Source: an uncultured virus (IMG/VR IMGVR_UViG_3300048581_000043) (Duplodnaviria; Heunggongvirae; Uroviricota; Caudoviricetes). Taken from it: a stretch of 20,000 nt of DNA. A program made the position numbers and the translations under genes. Of the stretch, positions 16,863 through 20,000 are shown piece by piece. The stretch lies in IMG/VR virus record IMGVR_UViG_3300048581_000043; one strand, written 5' to 3'. Position 1 is the stretch's first letter. Every line of letters starts with the position of its first letter. The notes under the pieces were generated by a model. The model had not been told where the DNA came from and made no database searches. It saw nothing but the letters and a program-made list of their open reading frames with translations.

Positions 16863-18148
16863 CAACATTTGCTCCACCAAATTTCGTTACAGGAGAAATG
16901 CCCACTCCTAATAAACTTAATGTGACAGCTCAACAATACGCCTCTAATTCACAGGCTATTGCGACACTAGTAGGTAACGTATTCTATAATAATATTCCTA
17001 ATGTAGGAGGTTCGATTGGCGACGTTACTAAATTAACGGGCGCTTCGGACACACCTTCGATGCCAGCAATCTTCAATACTAATAACCCATACACTAATAT
17101 TATTAGAATAACCCTTAATGCAATTAGTCCAAACTATTCGGCACTTTTACGGGACTCTAAGTTAATTGCTCCCGCCAATATCATAGATGGCAACGTAGTT
17201 AATACCGTGCTTGTAAAACTATCAGGGACAGATAGTATAACTAATCCGCCCTATATTGTTCGCGCTTATAATACCACTATTTCAGGAACAGTAGGAAACT
17301 CAACTTTAACTATTCAGAGCGAAGATGGTGCACTTGATTCGGATTTTTTAACTTCGCATGATAATTTCGCTTTAATTACTGCTAACCAAACACTGATTGA
17401 TACTATAGTACAGACATTAAACAATATTGGCAACATGACATTTGCTAGTGGTACGTCCAACACACTAACTGATGAAATCAACTCTATTGAAAATAAAATG
17501 TTTTATGTATTATGGCAGATAACATTAGATGTTACTGCGGCTGTAGTCACTTCGGATACAGGACACTCGGTACGAAAATGGACATGGACAAATTGCTCAT
17601 CTATTCCTTCATCTAATATTGCTTTATCTAGATTGGCAAGTGGAGCTTATCTTCCGAATATGCTGACTACTAACGATCCGTATTTACTAGGTTCTCCAGG
17701 ATTAAGCAATGATTATTTGCGGCCTAAGTGCTTCTTCAATGGCGTGCCTCTTTTACGACCAGGTTCACAAACACAAACTTTGACAGGGTATAAGGCAACC
17801 TATATTCCAGCAAGAATAGATTCTGGTAATATTTACATTCTGACTGACGATATTTCTAATATAACAACCGGAACTATTACTCTTTATGTTCCAGTTCATG
17901 TTCCATTTAAGTTCTTGGATTCCAGTGATCTAAGTAATAGACTTATGCTTGATATGTGGAATGGATTCATGACAAAAGTTATAGGGGCGAGTTATTTCCA
18001 ACCAGGTCCACCTCTTTCTCCAATAGATGAACGCTTAACAAGTCTAACAAATTCTGCCAATACTATTCTCGAAGGTCTAGAAAATCTTACTAGTTTGCAT
18101 GATAGTAATCCAAGTTTGTTTGATCCTCCAAATTGGCCCTCAATATGA
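16859..18148 (+). CDS. Putative tail fibre/baseplate-attached structural protein (paralog of the next gene)
   Basis: 429 aa; ATGA overlap with the previous gene. N-terminal FVTGEMPTPNKLN resembles the attachment motif of many phage fibre/minor tail proteins. Shares IGDVTxLT and VIGxxYxxP..LSxIDxRLTSL with the downstream ORF. Confidence 0.55.
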   Translation: MTTFAPPNFVTGEMPTPNKLNVTAQQYASNSQAIATLVGNVFYNNIPNVGGSIGDVTKLTGASDTPSMPAIFNTNNPYTNIIRITLNAISPNYSALLRDSKLIAPANIIDGNVVNTVLVKLSGTDSITNPPYIVRAYNTTISGTVGNSTLTIQSEDGALDSDFLTSHDNFALITANQTLIDTIVQTLNNIGNMTFASGTSNTLTDEINSIENKMFYVLWQITLDVTAAVVTSDTGHSVRKWTWTNCSSIPSSNIALSRLASGAYLPNMLTTNDPYLLGSPGLSNDYLRPKCFFNGVPLLRPGSQTQTLTGYKATYIPARIDSGNIYILTDDISNITTGTITLYVPVHVPFKFLDSSDLSNRLMLDMWNGFMTKVIGASYFQPGPPLSPIDERLTSLTNSANTILEGLENLTSLHDSNPSLFDPPNWPSI

Positions 18149-19899
18149 CAATCAACGTCCACCCAGATCTTAACTACATAGGTGATCCTCTTAGTGTAGT
18201 CGAACAAATCGACAATACTATTGTTAACTCTCAAGCATGGAATGAGAACTACACTAGTGCTATACAATCATTATCCGATTCTTATACTGTTTTAGGTAAC
18301 ATAAGTTCAGTCAACTCAACGCTCAATGATAACTATACTTCAGTTATTGGTGATGTAACACAATTAACTAACATAGTTCTTCAGTCTTCGAGTTCAAATC
18401 TTCCTATTGGTTTATATTTATCTGCTGGATCCTTTTCAAATGATTGGTCCTCAGGTGAAAATCTCCAATTACAATATGCCAATGCTGCCACTTTACTTAA
18501 TAAAACTATTGTTTTTGTAAGTAGTGACAATACACTAGTCCCAATCTATATCAATTCCACTGATGGACATTTAGATATGTGGGGGACTTCAACAGTAGAT
18601 ATTCCACTCGAATTTAGAAATGCATCCATTTCCGATTGGTATATTCAACCTTCAGGAAAAATTTATGCCTCTGGAACATTAGCGGATTATATAAGTCAAA
18701 ACACTTTCAATGTAGGGTCTATGCAGTTTAGTTTACCTAACATAGAAGATCCTACATTATCAGATTGTCTTTTCGATATAGAAAGCCATAGTTTCGATTC
18801 AAATGTATTCATTAATCTTTCAGGGGAAATCCCATTAACTCAGAATGCATTACCGACAAGTCTCTATACTAGTCCTTCAGTAATTCCCCCTATGGCTAGA
18901 GTTATAGGTATAGGTTATAATGAACCTAATACTTTATCAAATATAGATCAAAGACTTACTTCATTAAGTGTATTATTAGGTCACTATCAGAATATCTTAA
19001 AACAAATGTTGCCATCTTCTAGTTACAAAATCTACGATAATAATGATGGAAACAATTCTAGTATTGACTTTTGGGTTCCACAAGGGACATTCAGTTTCAA
19101 TTTTAAAATATTTGGAGGATGCGGAGGAGGAGGTGGCGATGCAGTAATTACAAGCAGTAATAACTCTTCTTCATGGTGGAGCAATTACCTTCGCTTAATA
19201 GGCGGATCAGGAGGTTCTGGAGGATATCTCGATTGTGATATCGCAGTAAAACCTTATCAAAAAGTACGAGTAGTACTAGGATCAAGTGGTAATGCTGGAA
19301 AGACATCTTATATCGATTGGAATTCCGGACACTATACAGGAGTAACCGGAACTGATGGAATTGCTGGCGGAGATACAATAGTTTATATTTGGGACGGTAC
19401 AACAGTAGATCCTCCTGTTAACAATTGGATAATCAAAGCATCAGGTGGAGGAGCAGGAACAGCAGGTTCTGGAAGAATAGATAGCCCTCAAACCTCAGAA
19501 TGGTCAACATATTATGCAAATAGCGGTTATGGCAAAGGTGGCGTTGCAGGTCAATGCTCTATCAACTCTACCTATTCTTCTATAATTACAGAGAACTTAA
19601 CCTTAAATGGTCATGCAGGTTATAGCGGAAATCAAGTAGTATCATTGGGAGTTGAACTATTTAATGGCAGTACTTTTGGTGTTCGTTCTGAAACGCCTAC
19701 AGTAAGTACAATTGTCAACACTCTAGACCACGGAAGTATCCAAAGAAATGGTGGACATGGTGGGGGGTGGAACCAAACTAATGGACTAGTTTCTCCATTC
19801 TATCAGGGTGTTATAGACCCGCCACAACCAGGCGATGCGGGTTATACAATTATTACTTGCTCTGGATGGAATAATGGCGACAAGGGAATTCATCTATGA
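18145..19899 (+). CDS. Putative tail fibre/receptor-binding protein with C-terminal glycine-rich domain
   Basis: The ORF track starts at TTG 18133; ATG 18145 is more likely because it forms an ATGA overlap with the upstream stop at 18146-18148. The C-terminal ~260 aa have the phage Gly-rich domain pattern (IFGGCGGGGG, GGSGGSGGY, VKPYQKVRVVLGSSG, GGDT, ASGGGAG, GDAGYTII). Confidence 0.7.
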   Translation: MTINVHPDLNYIGDPLSVVEQIDNTIVNSQAWNENYTSAIQSLSDSYTVLGNISSVNSTLNDNYTSVIGDVTQLTNIVLQSSSSNLPIGLYLSAGSFSNDWSSGENLQLQYANAATLLNKTIVFVSSDNTLVPIYINSTDGHLDMWGTSTVDIPLEFRNASISDWYIQPSGKIYASGTLADYISQNTFNVGSMQFSLPNIEDPTLSDCLFDIESHSFDSNVFINLSGEIPLTQNALPTSLYTSPSVIPPMARVIGIGYNEPNTLSNIDQRLTSLSVLLGHYQNILKQMLPSSSYKIYDNNDGNNSSIDFWVPQGTFSFNFKIFGGCGGGGGDAVITSSNNSSSWWSNYLRLIGGSGGSGGYLDCDIAVKPYQKVRVVLGSSGNAGKTSYIDWNSGHYTGVTGTDGIAGGDTIVYIWDGTTVDPPVNNWIIKASGGGAGTAGSGRIDSPQTSEWSTYYANSGYGKGGVAGQCSINSTYSSIITENLTLNGHAGYSGNQVVSLGVELFNGSTFGVRSETPTVSTIVNTLDHGSIQRNGGHGGGWNQTNGLVSPFYQGVIDPPQPGDAGYTIITCSGWNNGDKGIHL

Positions 19900-20000
19900 A
19901 ACAAAAGTATTTCTTTCGTTACTCTAAAACTATACCTCTAGATAAAAATTCGCATGATAATAAAATAAGTCTTGCAGTACTCTGCGTTGATACCACTGCT
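19896..20000 (+). CDS. 5' end of next gene (partial; MKQKYFFRYSKTIPLDKNSHDNKISLAVLCVDTTA...)
   Basis: ATGA overlap with the stop at 19897-19899, AAGGGA RBS just upstream, and the frame stays open to the window edge. Confidence 0.7.
   Translation, partial: MKQKYFFRYSKTIPLDKNSHDNKISLAVLCVDTTA

Larger units (their letters stand above)
1..20000 (+). mobile_element. Segment of a large myovirus-type phage/prophage genome: tail-baseplate morphogenesis operon
   Basis: Co-oriented, overlapping genes in the order hub, spike, gp25, J, wedge, fibres. Genes are unusually large, and no host housekeeping genes are present. Confidence 0.88.

Noticed and set aside
18133..18144. TTG start at 18133 for the last complete ORF
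   Set aside because: ATG 18145 gives the ATGA stop/start overlap used at the neighbouring junctions and is preferred.
237..19402. Fourteen short (60-94 aa) minus-strand ORFs in the ORF track
   Set aside because: All lie antisense within long, coupled + strand genes and have no recognisable motifs; they are expected shadow ORFs.
19110..19860. GGA/GGT-rich DNA as a tandem repeat, CRISPR array or DGR variable region
   Set aside because: Explained by glycine codons of the Gly-rich domain; no spaced direct repeats or template/variable repeat pair was seen in the window.
1..20000. Alternative genetic code (stop-codon reassignment as in some large phages)
   Set aside because: Multi-kb ORFs are intact under code 11, and TAA/TGA stops abut the next starts; there is no fragmentation suggesting recoding.

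Overview
AT-rich window that is almost entirely coding on the + strand: eight complete, tightly coupled ORFs plus partial ORFs at both edges. It looks like the virion tail/baseplate operon of a large contractile-tailed (myovirus-type, probably jumbo) phage or prophage. Genes 2-8 appear to encode a giant tube-initiator/baseplate-hub fusion (2263 aa), a probable central spike, a gp25-like wedge protein, baseplate J, a large wedge/Ig/beta-propeller protein and two paralogous fibre-like proteins. The main finding is ORF 61..3771, which sits where a tape-measure/ejection protein is expected. By eye it carries, in the correct collinear order, degenerate motifs of both the beta and beta' catalytic barrels of two-barrel RNA polymerases (GTKFSTAEQKA; VPVLS..R / DVN / LQNYLDA / LSGKGR...KTR; QRYPSL; DLDAD; bridge-helix-like KAEGTGKF), followed by a C-terminal hydrophobic helix. 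It is a candidate compact single-chain, virion-packaged and injected RNA polymerase. All assignments come from manual motif recognition and gene order; no searches were run.
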